Source: an uncultured Chthonomonadaceae bacterium
GTDB lineage: Bacteria; Armatimonadota; Chthonomonadetes; Chthonomonadales; Chthonomonadaceae
Length of the DNA: 64,000 nt
Direction of reading: 5' to 3'
NCBI GenBank assembly: GCA_963817895.1
Contig: CAWFQB010000001.1
Location: 1,216,001-1,280,000 of the forward strand
The notes below the pieces were generated by a model that had not been told where the DNA came from, ran no database searches, and worked only from the letters and a program-made list of their open reading frames with translations. Made by a program: the position numbers and the translations under genes. Below are positions 13,801-23,208 of the stretch, in pieces (positions within the stretch are counted from its first letter, which is position 1; each line of letters begins with the position of its first letter).

Positions 13801-13860
13801 ATGGTGCTGACTCGCCACAATCAACACTGGCAGATGCTGGAAGCGGCGCTTCCGCTGTGA
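10831..13860 (+). CDS. Large secreted protein with repeated carboxypeptidase-regulatory-like domains
   Basis: GGAGGAG RBS, signal-like N-terminus, repeated G.(V/L)...DGKP..NA.V and TDA.G.F motifs. Confidence 0.8.
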   Translation: MRKRKFTSTRFTIKIAAVAPTLLPLTLLANPAVGQSHAQVSVQRVAPTGAAPASSAVSALIPVVGKVALPDGKPAANAQIYVTWSQNDGKQPFHKCVADANGKFETTITPAGNGKTVIVSAILVTALLPGKGIAWTQVTMGNPNLSKVQLNLMPLATLEGRLVHTDGTPNANTEVRVESLLPRVIVRNGVNPGPDTTPGAKANIVSRQAGMQQAGNFFILPLLPPDALAEQFRATTDANGKFTLNGIPRDTAVALKPGGKLAMAAGSANTFAIQDRERQNAGLFVATPTVRVKVRVFDLQTHQPVPQTHVMVAGANPLQNRAMMRVANSMNFSRFVTNASGEMTASDLLPGEYVVNVLGCMKTVHLEAGQDAPTVDIAVRHGFLKGRLLDADGKPVVNADVRLAATGNTNGRVFAFNNNVQFFNGDFGNPESGFTLTPDGKAIPSGFNGAVPTMMSRTDAEGRFTIPNMPWGSPQIRIWATKGNDLAEWSGPASKTDANLTLQLRRNVLMTVSGRLVDPQRRPLSKVTCKTLHWLSSPRSTWFATARDVTTDADGNFKVDGMERGESFSLITVGQSQFSNQLSFTGDSGPSETVSLAQNGGVENALQTLGNLPIVSRHVIPIRQDFELPRFLTCATGDGQSLGEVMVHPQDTPDEVLQSYDGSPGDQPSLPGVVAAPTPADVQAAQSVLARFDTALKTGDVDALTALTSRVSPGWSGNRQAFLQNVSLCGRVNTDEDTPTRALNFVPRSMVAALLKMAPKEAGAERAERVGEAVNAPADWVFLNRQVGDSVVTAGILHREAGEWRVVANHSFAAPIMANEMQTPTAASKWEQTATALTPELQQEARQTGELYMQAWMGADREQMRRLTAPFAALQPGNIERFRHALEHRADDGVCPLDTEEKIALLPVTNLTLWEQDWLKQLTSLNAPMNVDAPANVSVITITNNGSSENVTLVRPAVSTTSTSKPAPEKLAPGHDTAVFRYSAQGRNFLMVLTRHNQHWQMLEAALPL

Positions 13861-13870
13861 GCAGCGACGA

Positions 13871-13950
13871 AGAGCCTAGCCCAAATGGCCCTCAACCCCT
13901 GACCCCTTCTCCCAACTTTGGGAGAAGGGGAACCTATCGGAATAGGCTCT
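13871..13950. repeat. REP-like hairpin enclosed by degenerate AGAGCCTA...TAGGCTCT ends
   Basis: CCCCTTCTCCCAA-c-TTTGGGAGAAGGGG hairpin; the ends resemble the inverted repeats of the element at 34478-34579. Confidence 0.7.
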
Positions 13951-14044
13951 AAGGGGCCGTAGATGTGTGACTTCCCGCCTGCAAAAGTCGGCGTTCCCGC
14001 CGGTTCGGGAATTTAGACATTTACGGCCCCTGAATGTCTGCGCG

Positions 14045-14641
14045 TCACTGAAGCATGGAAAGCACAACGCCGACAATTTTCTCTACATCGGCGAGAAAGT
14101 AAATGTCACTGTCAACAATTGCGTTGGTTCCCTCGAGTCGCAGAAACTTCCACTCCGTTCCCGAAGTCACGACGCCATAAAGTGTTGCGATAGACTGTCC
14201 CTGAGCCGCGTTGAACATCTGCGCGGCGACCAATTCCGCAAGACACTGCGGAATGCCCGCGTTGATGTCCTCTTTCTTTGCCTCGACGATAGAAACAATT
14301 GGAGCAAGAATATAGGGCGTATGCGGCGAAAGAGTAAACAGATAGTCACAGAAGCCCGCCAATCCCCGCTTCTTATCCATGTTGAACTCAATGCCGGAGA
14401 ACAGCGTAGCGCGATCCTGCGCCTGTTCGTAGACCTCTGTTAAAATGGGCGCAATGAAATATTCGGAACGGGCTTTCTCGCTTCCGCTTCGTAACGCTGT
14501 CTCGCGGTTCCTCGCCAGTATCTGGCGCAGGAGATCGGAGACAGGAACAGGCAGAATACCGGCGAACAGCCCGGATTTATCCGTGATTGCCAACTGATAC
14601 TCCTGCCGCAGTTTGTTCATCGTGAATTTATTGTAGGCCAT
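14045..14641 (-). CDS. Hypothetical protein, probable PD-(D/E)XK restriction-endonuclease-like fold
   Basis: SEKARSE.FIAPIL, G.CDY, IVEAKKEDI..G..QC.AEL, YGVVTSGTEWKF; start MAYNKFT. Confidence 0.7.
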   Translation of the reverse strand: MAYNKFTMNKLRQEYQLAITDKSGLFAGILPVPVSDLLRQILARNRETALRSGSEKARSEYFIAPILTEVYEQAQDRATLFSGIEFNMDKKRGLAGFCDYLFTLSPHTPYILAPIVSIVEAKKEDINAGIPQCLAELVAAQMFNAAQGQSIATLYGVVTSGTEWKFLRLEGTNAIVDSDIYFLADVEKIVGVVLSMLQ

Positions 14642-14706
14642 CTGGCGAGTTCCTCGATAACAGATTTTCTTGAGTATACCCTGTCGTGAAGAGCAAGAGG
14701 ACAACC

Positions 14707-14819
14707 CCCGCCGGATAGCCCACGCCTACTGCATCGCGCCCTGCCCGAACCAAACTGGCTCACCAACGCATACAAAAAAGCGTCTGCCACTTTATGTCTC
14801 TCGCGCCACTGTGGTATAA
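14707..14819 (+). repeat. Degenerate direct repeat upstream of the TA module, ending in an extended -10 (TGGTATAAT)
   Basis: Aligns with 15473-15590 (cccgccgga, tcgcgccctgcc, caaac, ccaa, A-run, tggtataa at the same spacing). Confidence 0.7.
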
Positions 14820-14841
14820 TGAGCCAAAGGAGGCATAAGTC

Positions 14842-15075
14842 ATGTATCAAATCACACTCAATGAAGCCACAGAACGCTTGCCGGAATTGGTACGCGAACT
14901 CAAGCAGGGCGATGAGGTTATTCTGATGGAAAACGAAATGCCTCTCGCGCGTCTTCTGCCAGTGGAACCGAAACTGCCACGCCCGCAAGCGCAACGCGGC
15001 AGCCACAAAGGAGAAATTCTCTACATGGCTCCCGACTTCGACGCCACACCGGAAGGTTTCGAGGATTATCTGTGA
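14842..15075 (+). CDS. Antitoxin, Phd/YefM-like with DUF2281-like C-terminus
   Basis: AGGAGG RBS; EA..RLPELV....G.EV....PLARL...GS.KG.I..MAPDFD..EGFEDY; overlaps the PIN gene. Confidence 0.85.
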   Translation: MYQITLNEATERLPELVRELKQGDEVILMENEMPLARLLPVEPKLPRPQAQRGSHKGEILYMAPDFDATPEGFEDYL

Positions 15076-15459
15076 TGCCGCTCATCCTTGACAGCCATGC
15101 CCTGCTCTGGTTCGCTGATGACGATCCGCAGTTACCCGATGCCGCTAAACTCCTCATCGAAAACCCTAACAACATCAAATACGTCAGCCTGATGAGCATT
15201 TGGGAAATCGCTATCAAATCAGCAAGCGGCAACCTCAAGTTAAAACGGGAAGCGGGCGTTTACCTTGCCGATGTCATGGCAAAGAACGGTTTCCTCCTGC
15301 TGAGTCCAACCTACGCCCACGCCATTCTTGCGGCGAGTTTGCCCCTGCATCACAAAGATCCTTTTGACCGTTCTCATTGCCCGGAGTTTGCATGAGAACA
15401 TGGCAATCATCAGCGCAGACGTGATTTTCGATGCTTACAGCGTAACGCGCATCTGGTAG
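15072..15459 (+). CDS. PIN-domain VapC toxin, frameshifted near 15372
   Basis: LILDSHALLW, SIWEIAIK, HHKDPFDR; the C-terminus LIARSLHENMAIISADVIFDAYSVTRIW* continues in another frame. Confidence 0.88.
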
Positions 15460-15472
15460 CCACACCGCCCCG

Positions 15473-15590
15473 CCCGCCGGACAGACTGCGGCCCACCTAC
15501 CGCCTCGCGCCCTGCCGCAGCAAACCGCCTCGCCAATTCACACGAAAAAACTCTCCTCGCAACAGATTTTTCATTTCTTCAATGGTATAA
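15473..15590 (+). repeat. Degenerate direct repeat downstream of the TA module
   Basis: Second copy of 14707-14819. Confidence 0.7.
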
Positions 15591-15657
15591 GGAGGACTTC
15601 GACGGTGAATCATTGTATGACAATTTGGGCAGACAGGGCGCAAATCCGTGATTGGTT

Positions 15658-17016
15658 TTACAAACTATACCCTGCGCGATATGTGGGCTTGATGATGGAC
15701 GCGACGTTTCCGGCGTTTTTGGCGCGGAGATGTTTCGCGTCCCATTCCACTTTGGGGCCTTTGCCACTATCGGCGGGCCACACGGCGAGATTGCCGAGCA
15801 GGATGGTTTCCGCGAGTGGCCCCGCGTAGTTGGGGAAGTTGGACATGGCCGGTTCCGCGTTGTTGGTGCGGATGGCGCGGATGAACTCCTCCCAGTGGCC
15901 GGGCGACATGGGAAACTCTACCGTTCCCACATCCACGCCGCCTACGACATGCCCGCCCGCGCCGCCGTCACCCGGCGAGTACAATTTGCCTTTTGTGCCT
16001 ACGAACAGCGAACCGCTGTCCGGCAGTTTGCCCTCGTTGAGCAGGTCAGAAAAACCCGCGTCCTGAAACAAATCCAGTGAAGGCTTGTTGCCGCCATCGT
16101 ACCATGTCAGCGTGATGGGCGGACGGTCGCCAAGTGTGCCGAATTCGTACACGATGCGGGACGCTTTGGGGTAGCTGTCTTTATTGTGCGTGGACGTTTC
16201 GGCCTGTACGCTCAGGGGGTCGCGCAGGTTCAGCGCCATGAAGGGCAGGTTTACGTCGTGGCAGGCCATGTCGCCTAATGCGCCCGTGCCAAAGTCCCAC
16301 CATCCGCGCCATTTGAAATCGTGGTAGTTGTCGCTATAGGAACGCATTTTGGCGGGGCCGATCCACAGTTCCCAATCCAGATAGGCGGGAACAGGCTTTT
16401 CCGCGCTGCGAGCAATCCCCTGCGGCCAGATGGGGCGATTGGTCCAGACATGGACTTCCGTGACCGCGCCGATTGCGCCCGCCCGTATCTTGTAGGCGTT
16501 GCGGCGCATGGAGTTGTCGGCGGTTCCCTGATTGCCCATCTGCGTCGCCACCTTCATCTTGTGGGCCAGTTCGGACAAATGGCGAACTTCATAAACAGAA
16601 TGGGCAAGCGGTTTCTGGCAGTACACGGCTTTGTTCATGTGCATCGCCATTGCCGCTGCGGGCGCGTGGGAATGGTCGGGGATGCTGACCGTAACGGCGT
16701 CTATCTGCTTGTTCATGTCGTCGAGCATTTTGCGCCAGTCTTTGTAAGTTTTGGCGTTGGGGTATTTGGCGGACGCTTTCGCCAGCGTCCGCGCGTCCAC
16801 ATCGCAGATAGCGACAATGTTGCCGTGCGTGTTCGCGTCTACGGCGTCACTTTCGCCTTTGCCTCCCACGCCGATGCAGGCGATGCTGATCTGATTGTTG
16901 GGCGATTTGTTTTCGGGCTTGCCCTCCTGCGCCCACGCGCGCTGCCCCACCCACACGCTGAACCCGCCCGCAAGACCGGTTTTCAGCAATTCCCGCCGAT
17001 TGGCTTTGTAACTCAT
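15658..17016 (-). CDS. Tat-exported Gfo/Idh/MocA oxidoreductase
   Basis: NRRELLK Tat motif, IACIGVGGKG, PDHSHA, YCQKPLAH, GALGDMACH. Confidence 0.92.
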   Translation of the reverse strand: MSYKANRRELLKTGLAGGFSVWVGQRAWAQEGKPENKSPNNQISIACIGVGGKGESDAVDANTHGNIVAICDVDARTLAKASAKYPNAKTYKDWRKMLDDMNKQIDAVTVSIPDHSHAPAAAMAMHMNKAVYCQKPLAHSVYEVRHLSELAHKMKVATQMGNQGTADNSMRRNAYKIRAGAIGAVTEVHVWTNRPIWPQGIARSAEKPVPAYLDWELWIGPAKMRSYSDNYHDFKWRGWWDFGTGALGDMACHDVNLPFMALNLRDPLSVQAETSTHNKDSYPKASRIVYEFGTLGDRPPITLTWYDGGNKPSLDLFQDAGFSDLLNEGKLPDSGSLFVGTKGKLYSPGDGGAGGHVVGGVDVGTVEFPMSPGHWEEFIRAIRTNNAEPAMSNFPNYAGPLAETILLGNLAVWPADSGKGPKVEWDAKHLRAKNAGNVASIIKPTYRAGYSL

Positions 17017-17132
17017 AATGTTGTCTCCAAATTGTCTTTGTGTACGCGACTTTTCAGCCACGCTGTAACACAGTCGTCTGGCAGTGTTGTTCGACAACAA
17101 TAGTCGGATTCCTTTGTGAGTTGGGTTTTAGT

Positions 17133-18434
17133 TTATTTCGTCAGGCTAAATCGGTTTCTGAACTCGTATTTTGCCCATCGGCTTGCGCGGTATTCTTCCT
17201 GTATTGTCAATTTGCCCACGTCCAGAATGAGGCGCAGCCGAACTTCGCGGTCGTGGGCTATGTCGGTTCCCTGAAACGCCACTTCGTTGAGGGAAAGCCG
17301 TATCAACGCGCCCTCTCCCGCCAGTCCATGCGAACTTTGCGGCCCCGCGTTTTTGACGAGAAACAGGCCCGTTCGCGGATTGCGGCTAAAGGTTGTGATG
17401 TCTACATTGGCAGTGCCTTTGTAGGTGGCGGTGAATTGCAGCGTATTGCCCTGATTTTCAGTGGTGGCGATTACCGTTGTCGGATAGATGAAATGCTGCC
17501 GGGTTTTGTCATCGGCGTACTCAAGACGGCCCTGCCACGTTCCCCCGAGCGCGGCAAACAACCGGCGTTGCTCATCCCGGTTTAATGACTGTGGAGTAAA
17601 AAAATAGTTTGCTACAATCCCAGCAAGAATGAAGAAACCGATGACCGATCCAGCCCATAATCCAGTCGCCTGCCTGCGAGTGGGACGCAACGCGGCCCGT
17701 TTTACAATGTTCGCTACACCGTTTGCTGTTGACGGCGCGGCTCCCATTGCGCCTGCCCGTATCCCGACTTCATAAATACCGGTGGGAATGGCCTGCGCGG
17801 TCTGCGCGTCCCACAGTTCTGTAAGCGCGGCAATGCTAACGACGATACCCGTTTTGCCAAGATGCCCGCGCATTTTCTCCAGAGCGCGCGTGACGCGCAT
17901 CCGCGCCGTGTTCTCGGAAATTCCAAAACACGCCCCAATTTCCGCAAGGCTCTGTTCCTGTACAAATCGCAGCAGGATGGCTTCGCGATCTACAGGCTTG
18001 AGTTGCGCAAGCGCGTCATGGAGATGTGGCTCGATGCGTTCCCAACTTGCGTCCTCCGCGTTTTGCGAAACGACCTCCTGAACCGCCTGAAGTTCCGTTC
18101 GCTGCCGCCTGCGCTCCTGCTTCATCAGGTTGCGGGCAACATAGCGGGACGCGCTGTACAGCCACCCGGCAAGCGTTTCACAGCGTTTCAATGCGCCCGC
18201 CTTTCGACTCAACAGCAGAAACACGCCCTGCGCCGCATCCTCGGCCAGCGTTCGATCCTGCGTTTCGCGCAGGCAGGTGGCGTAAATCAGGCGTGCGTAA
18301 CGGCGAACCAGTTCGGAGAACGCGGATTGGAAACCCGCCTCGGCATACAAGCGAATCAATTCGCTGTCAGCCTTACCCTTCAGCGCGTCCGGTGTTATCG
18401 GTATGGATAATTGTGGTTGTGGTTGTGCCTGCAT
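17133..18434 (-). CDS. ECF sigma-70 factor with a long C-terminal extension containing a TM segment
   Basis: AFSELVRRY..AEDAAQGVF..LAGWL (sigma2); DREAILLRF..SLAEIG...ISENTARMRV.RAL (sigma4). Confidence 0.9.
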   Translation of the reverse strand: MQAQPQPQLSIPITPDALKGKADSELIRLYAEAGFQSAFSELVRRYARLIYATCLRETQDRTLAEDAAQGVFLLLSRKAGALKRCETLAGWLYSASRYVARNLMKQERRRQRTELQAVQEVVSQNAEDASWERIEPHLHDALAQLKPVDREAILLRFVQEQSLAEIGACFGISENTARMRVTRALEKMRGHLGKTGIVVSIAALTELWDAQTAQAIPTGIYEVGIRAGAMGAAPSTANGVANIVKRAALRPTRRQATGLWAGSVIGFFILAGIVANYFFTPQSLNRDEQRRLFAALGGTWQGRLEYADDKTRQHFIYPTTVIATTENQGNTLQFTATYKGTANVDITTFSRNPRTGLFLVKNAGPQSSHGLAGEGALIRLSLNEVAFQGTDIAHDREVRLRLILDVGKLTIQEEYRASRWAKYEFRNRFSLTK

Positions 18435-19264
18435 AGTCGCGTTATTTGGTTCCGTTACTTGGTTCCGTGGACGGGTATAATGGCGCAGCCAATCGCTTTG
18501 CCGACTTTCAGCGTGACTGGCTTGCCTGCCGCAAGGTCCTGAAGCGCCTGCCGCAGATAGGATTTCTGAACCCGCTTTTCCGTTACATTGTCGTCAAATC
18601 CGCCCCGATACCGCAGCTTGCCATCATGATCGAGAACGGCAAACGTCAGCGATTGCTTGATTTGAAAAGACTCTGCAAGCAAACCGTCCGCATCGTCCGC
18701 AAACGTCATTTTCAGATAACCGGCTTCGGCCAGCGTGATCGGCGCACCGGGCTTTTCCCTGCGTCCGCAGCGTATACCGAGAAACGCAAACCCTTTGCCC
18801 TCGAACTCCTTCTGAAGTTGCTGTAGTCGCTGCTTGTAATAATATGTGACGCCGCACTGTTCGCTGAAAAAGAACAGCACCCGCATTTTATCCCTGTTCC
18901 AATCGGAAAGCGCCACAGTGTTTGGGCTGTGATTGGCGCGTATTTCCGGCAGAGTGTAGTTCAGGGTAACAGGCAGATCCATCTGCGCCGATGAAGGGCG
19001 GGCTTCTCCTGTCGGCGCATTCTGCGCAAGGCATGTAGGCCTGCCTGAAATTTGGCTGTCCGTCGAAGCCGCGCATGTGTTCGCTTGCAGTTTTCCGCTT
19101 GCCGATGTTTTGCCGCCGTCAGCAGGGGCGGCCTTCTTGTTGCTGTTAGCGGCTGCCGGAGGAGTTTGCGCCTGCGGTTCCACGGCTTTCGGTTCGGGCG
19201 CATAGCGGATGCCCACCACTGCAACCCGAACCTCAATTTTGTTGCCCACCAGATTTTCGGGAAT

Positions 19265-20328
19265 AGATACTCCGACAAATAAGTTTGGATTTATTCTTGG
19301 CGCGGGTAGAATAGACGTATGAACCTTCACGAACTTGGCCGCTATCCCGAAAACAAAGTCCGTTCGCTCTTCGGACTACCCCACGCCGCCTTAGCTGAAC
19401 TCTTCCTGGCAGCGCTTCCCGAAATCGAGCGCCGTCGCCAACAAGAACAGGCCAACAAGCCCACGCGCCGCCGCAAGGTGGGAGGCGGCCGCAAACGCCT
19501 GCTCAAGCCCTACCAGGAAGTGTTGCTGACGCTGCTGTACCTGCGCCACAACGTCGCCTTCTCTGTGGTGGGCATGCTGTTTGGCGTCAGCGCCGATGTG
19601 GCGGAGAACACCTTCCATGAGATTGTCGGCGTCCTCAAAGACGTGTGTCCGGCCAACCGCTGGGAAGCGGAGAAACGCTGGACCAAGAAAGAACCCTCCT
19701 GGAAGCCCGAGGAGGTGGATCAGGTGATTGTGGATAGTTTCGAGACGCCGGTTCCGCGTCCCTCGATTGAACCCAAGCAACGCGCCTTCTACTCGGGCAA
19801 GAAGAAAGACCACACGCTCAAGACCGAGGTCATCACCAACCGCAATGGCGACATTCTTGATGTGGATGCGGGCTATCGCGGCCCGAAGTCGGACAAGAAA
19901 GTGCATGAGCAGAGTACGGTTGCCAAGCAGTTTCCCCATGCGACGGTCAAAGGCGATCTGGCCTATCAAGGCTTACCCCACAGCGAAGTGCCGCACAAGA
20001 AGCCACGCGGAGGCGCGTTGAGCGCTGTGCAGAAAGAAGAGAACCGCGCCTTTTCCTCAGGGCGTGTGCGTGTCGAACATAGTATCCGGCGCGTCAAAGC
20101 GTTTCGGATGGTGCGTGATGAATATCGTCTGGCGACGGGATTGTTCCGTCGCACTTGCTTCTGTGTGGTGGGTCTGGTGCAATTGATCGCGCTGACACGC
20201 GAGCCGCAAGGCGCGTAAGCCGGGAAAAGTAAACGCGGAAAAAGGGTTTTCGACGGGTGGAGTGTGTCTGCTCCACCTGAGCGCTAGCCTGCCTCAAAAC
20301 AGCCTATATACTATTTGTCGGAGTATCT
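19265..20328 (+). mobile_element. IS5-family (ISL2-like) insertion sequence, 1064 bp
   Basis: Perfect 17-bp terminal inverted repeats AGATACTCCGACAAATA (19265-19281, 20312-20328); AAT duplicated at 19262-19264 and 20329-20331. Confidence 0.93.
19319..20218 (+). CDS. DDE transposase (HTH_Tnp_4 + DDE_Tnp_4 type)
   Basis: LLYLRH, IVDSFE, YSGKKK.HTLK, GDLAYQG, RVRVEHSI. Confidence 0.93.
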   Translation: MNLHELGRYPENKVRSLFGLPHAALAELFLAALPEIERRRQQEQANKPTRRRKVGGGRKRLLKPYQEVLLTLLYLRHNVAFSVVGMLFGVSADVAENTFHEIVGVLKDVCPANRWEAEKRWTKKEPSWKPEEVDQVIVDSFETPVPRPSIEPKQRAFYSGKKKDHTLKTEVITNRNGDILDVDAGYRGPKSDKKVHEQSTVAKQFPHATVKGDLAYQGLPHSEVPHKKPRGGALSAVQKEENRAFSSGRVRVEHSIRRVKAFRMVRDEYRLATGLFRRTCFCVVGLVQLIALTREPQGA

Positions 20329-21133
20329 AATGCCTTCGCTGATGCCATATTGTGAGCGGCTGACACTGAAGTTGGTACGCAATACGAGAATGTCGCCTTT
20401 GTACTGTCCATTAGTCCGCTCTTCGGCCTTACCCGGATAGTAACTTGCCGTCACGGGAACCGTAAGCGGAACCGTCACGCCCCGGCACGTAAAATCCGCC
20501 TGCACGGTCGCCTTAAACACGCCGGGAGTCGGATGTGTCACACGCAGCACTTTGCGCAGCGTGAAGAATATCTGCGGGTACTTTGCGCCATTGAGCGCGA
20601 AGCCCCGCGCCGTCGCCGTGTAGCCCTCATTGGCAAACTGAACGCTGGATACGTCTACGGCAATTTTGCCCGTCGTCGCAAGGGGGTTTTCGGGATCGAA
20701 ATTCACGTTTCCGGAGATGCCTTTGGCCCAACCGACAATCGGTTCCAGCATGGAATCAATGGTAAGGCTGATGGCGCTGATGGATTTCGGGTCTTTGAAA
20801 TTAAAGCCCGAAGCGTCAGCTTCACTTTGAGCGTTCGCGAACAACATGGCAAATACCCCCAACATGAGCATGGTTTTGTAGAACATGGCTAACTTTGAAA
20901 ACATTGAGACACTCCTGATTGTGTAATCATAGCCCTTCACGAAATGGCGCGAAGGCAAGTACACAAAGGAATGTACGCTCAGGGGCAAAACCGCACAAAC
21001 ATAAAATAAAATTACAGGGAAATTTTTCAGGAAGCGCTACGAAGTCGGGAAATTTCGCGCAACGCGCGAATTGGGCGTAAAAGTGGTAATGTTTCCAGTG
21101 GTAATGACTATACTAATTTTCAGGAGTTTGCAC

Positions 21134-22246
21134 ATGTCTTCCACCATCAACATTGGTATCATCGGTTCCGGCTTCATTGCCGATATTCATGCCCATGCCA
21201 TTCGGCATTTCGTGCCGGACGCGAAAGTCGTTGCTGTAGCGTCGCCCACTCCCGGCAAAGCCTCCTCATTTGCCGGTTCGCGCGACATTCCGAACGCTTT
21301 TGAGAATTACCGCGACCTGCTTGCCATGCCGGAAATTGATCTGGTCACGCTGGCTCTGCCCAATGACCTGCACTGTCAAATCGCGCTGGACGCGGCGCGG
21401 GCGGGCAAGCATATCCTGTGTGAAAAACCGCTGTGCCGCACTATGGAAGAAGCGGATCAAATGATTGCCGCGTGTCGGGAAGCGGGCGTCCTCCTATTGT
21501 ACGCAGAAGAGTTGCTGTATGCGCCCAAATATGTTCGCGCCCGCCAACTTGTGGAGGAGGGCGCGTTGGGGCGGGCGTTTCTGGTCAAGCAGTGGGAGGA
21601 GCATTTCGGGCCGCACGAAGCGTGGTTCTGGGACGTGAACCGTTCGGGCGGCGGCGTATTGCTGGACATGGGCTGCCACTCCATCGAGTACGCGCGGTGG
21701 GTGTTTGGCAAGCCGCCAATCAAAAGCGTGTCGGCCACATTGGGAACGTATGTGCATGGCGATAAAACGCGGGGCGAAGACCATTCTATCGTGATTGTGG
21801 AGTACGAGGGGAACCGCGTCGGCATGGCGGAAAACTCGTGGGCCAAACCGGGCGGCGTGGATGACCGCTGCGAAATCTACGGCTCACGGGGCCATACTCG
21901 CGCCGACCTGCTGCGCGGCAACGCCCTTGTCACCTACAGCGATGTGGGCTACGGCTACGCGACCGAGAAGATGGACCTTACAACCGGATGGACTTACACC
22001 ATGTTCGAGGAGGTCTGGAACTACGGCTTCCCGCAGGAGTTGAACGCGGCGGTACACGCCGTTCAGGGCAAAATCACGCCTGTAGAAACGGGAGAAGACG
22101 GGCGCGAAGTCTTGAAAATTATCTATGCCTCCTATCAGTCTATGGGCGAAGGCCGTAAAATCAACTGGCCCTACGAAGTGCCGGAATGGGCCGGAAACGA
22201 ATCGCCCATTGTGTTGTGGAAACCGGAATTGAGGCAGAACAAGTAG
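21134..22246 (+). CDS. Gfo/Idh/MocA oxidoreductase
   Basis: IGIIGSGFIA, HILCEKPL, GGGVLLDMGCH; AGGAG RBS. Confidence 0.92.
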   Translation: MSSTINIGIIGSGFIADIHAHAIRHFVPDAKVVAVASPTPGKASSFAGSRDIPNAFENYRDLLAMPEIDLVTLALPNDLHCQIALDAARAGKHILCEKPLCRTMEEADQMIAACREAGVLLLYAEELLYAPKYVRARQLVEEGALGRAFLVKQWEEHFGPHEAWFWDVNRSGGGVLLDMGCHSIEYARWVFGKPPIKSVSATLGTYVHGDKTRGEDHSIVIVEYEGNRVGMAENSWAKPGGVDDRCEIYGSRGHTRADLLRGNALVTYSDVGYGYATEKMDLTTGWTYTMFEEVWNYGFPQELNAAVHAVQGKITPVETGEDGREVLKIIYASYQSMGEGRKINWPYEVPEWAGNESPIVLWKPELRQNK

Positions 22247-22349
22247 CCGGAAAAATGTTTACGTGACAGAACTAATTTGCCCGCCAAAAGGTTAAGAGGG
22301 TGGAACTACACAATTTCGATCAACCTTTGAGATCAGGAGAAACACCCTT

Positions 22350-23165
22350 ATGAATACCAAACCCCGTTTTGTCCTCGCGGGACTGAGCGCCTGCGCGCTG
22401 ACGTTTACCGCGATGCTTGCAGTTCGCGCCTTGCCCTTCGACAGCAAGAACAAAGACGCTAAAACCGGCGCGGCTGCGAGCAGTGGTTCGCCCGTTATCG
22501 TGGAACTGTTCACTTCGGAGGGATGTTCCAGTTGCCCGTCCGCCGACAAAGCGCTTGCCGACTTGAAGCGGACGCAGCCGGTCAAAGGGGCGCGAATTCT
22601 GGTATTGAGTGAACACGTAGACTACTGGAACAACATCGGCTGGCGCGATCCGTTTTCCAATTCCGCGTTTACCGCCCGACAGTACGAATACGGGCGCAGG
22701 TTCCGGTTGGACGGCGTGTACACGCCGCAGGCCATCGTAGATGGAACCGCGCAAATGGTCGGCAGCGAGCGCGACAATCTGGAAACCGCCATTGAAAAGT
22801 CCGTTCGGGGCTACAAGGCCGAAGTGACCGTTTCGCCCGAACCGAACGCGCCCAACAAAGTGCATGTCACGGTCAGCCGCCCGTCCACGAACGACGCGGA
22901 TGTGATGCTCGCCATTACGGAAGACAACCTGACCAGTAATGTGTCGCGGGGCGAAAACTCCGGGCGCAAATTATCGCATGTGGGCGTGGTTCGCGAACTG
23001 CGCAAAATCGGCAGCATTTCCGGCAAGGAAACCTTCGCCACAAGCGCGTCTCTGGAATTGCAAAGCGGCTGGAAAAAGGGCGACATGGAAGCCGTTGTTT
23101 TCGTGCAGGAGCGCGACAGCCGCCGGATTGTGGGCGCGAACACGTTGAAGTTGGGAACGGAGTAG
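22350..23165 (+). CDS. DUF1223-family secreted thioredoxin-like protein
   Basis: VELFTSEGCSSCP.AD, HVDYWN..GWRDPFS, YTPQAIVDG, RGENSGRKL.H. Confidence 0.9.
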   Translation: MNTKPRFVLAGLSACALTFTAMLAVRALPFDSKNKDAKTGAAASSGSPVIVELFTSEGCSSCPSADKALADLKRTQPVKGARILVLSEHVDYWNNIGWRDPFSNSAFTARQYEYGRRFRLDGVYTPQAIVDGTAQMVGSERDNLETAIEKSVRGYKAEVTVSPEPNAPNKVHVTVSRPSTNDADVMLAITEDNLTSNVSRGENSGRKLSHVGVVRELRKIGSISGKETFATSASLELQSGWKKGDMEAVVFVQERDSRRIVGANTLKLGTE

Positions 23166-23174
23166 TTCCCTTTC

Positions 23175-23208
23175 GGTGTTCAGGTGTTTAGGTGTTCGGG
23201 TATTCAGG
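23175..23208 (+). repeat. Octamer array (GGTGTTCA)~4 after stop codon
   Basis: ggtgttca ggtgttta ggtgttcg ggtattca. Confidence 0.85.

Larger units (their letters stand above)
18455..20904 (-). pseudogene. Secreted YceI + redoxin (AhpC/TSA-like) fusion gene interrupted by an IS
   Basis: Removing the IS and one target copy joins ...SRSQYGISEG-I-PENLVGNKIEVRVAVV... in frame. AGGAG RBS before 20904. C-terminal FFSEQC...YRGGFDD...GCAI. Confidence 0.88.

Noticed and set aside
10669..13827. Long antisense ORFs (586 aa, 417 aa) and similar shadows of the RND, ppdK and ADP-ribosylglycohydrolase genes
   Set aside because: They lie opposite well-supported genes in GC-rich DNA and show no recognisable motifs.
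18455..19330. 291-aa ORF as an independent native gene
   Set aside because: Its first 22 codons come from the IS end; the rest is the distal half of the YceI-redoxin gene.
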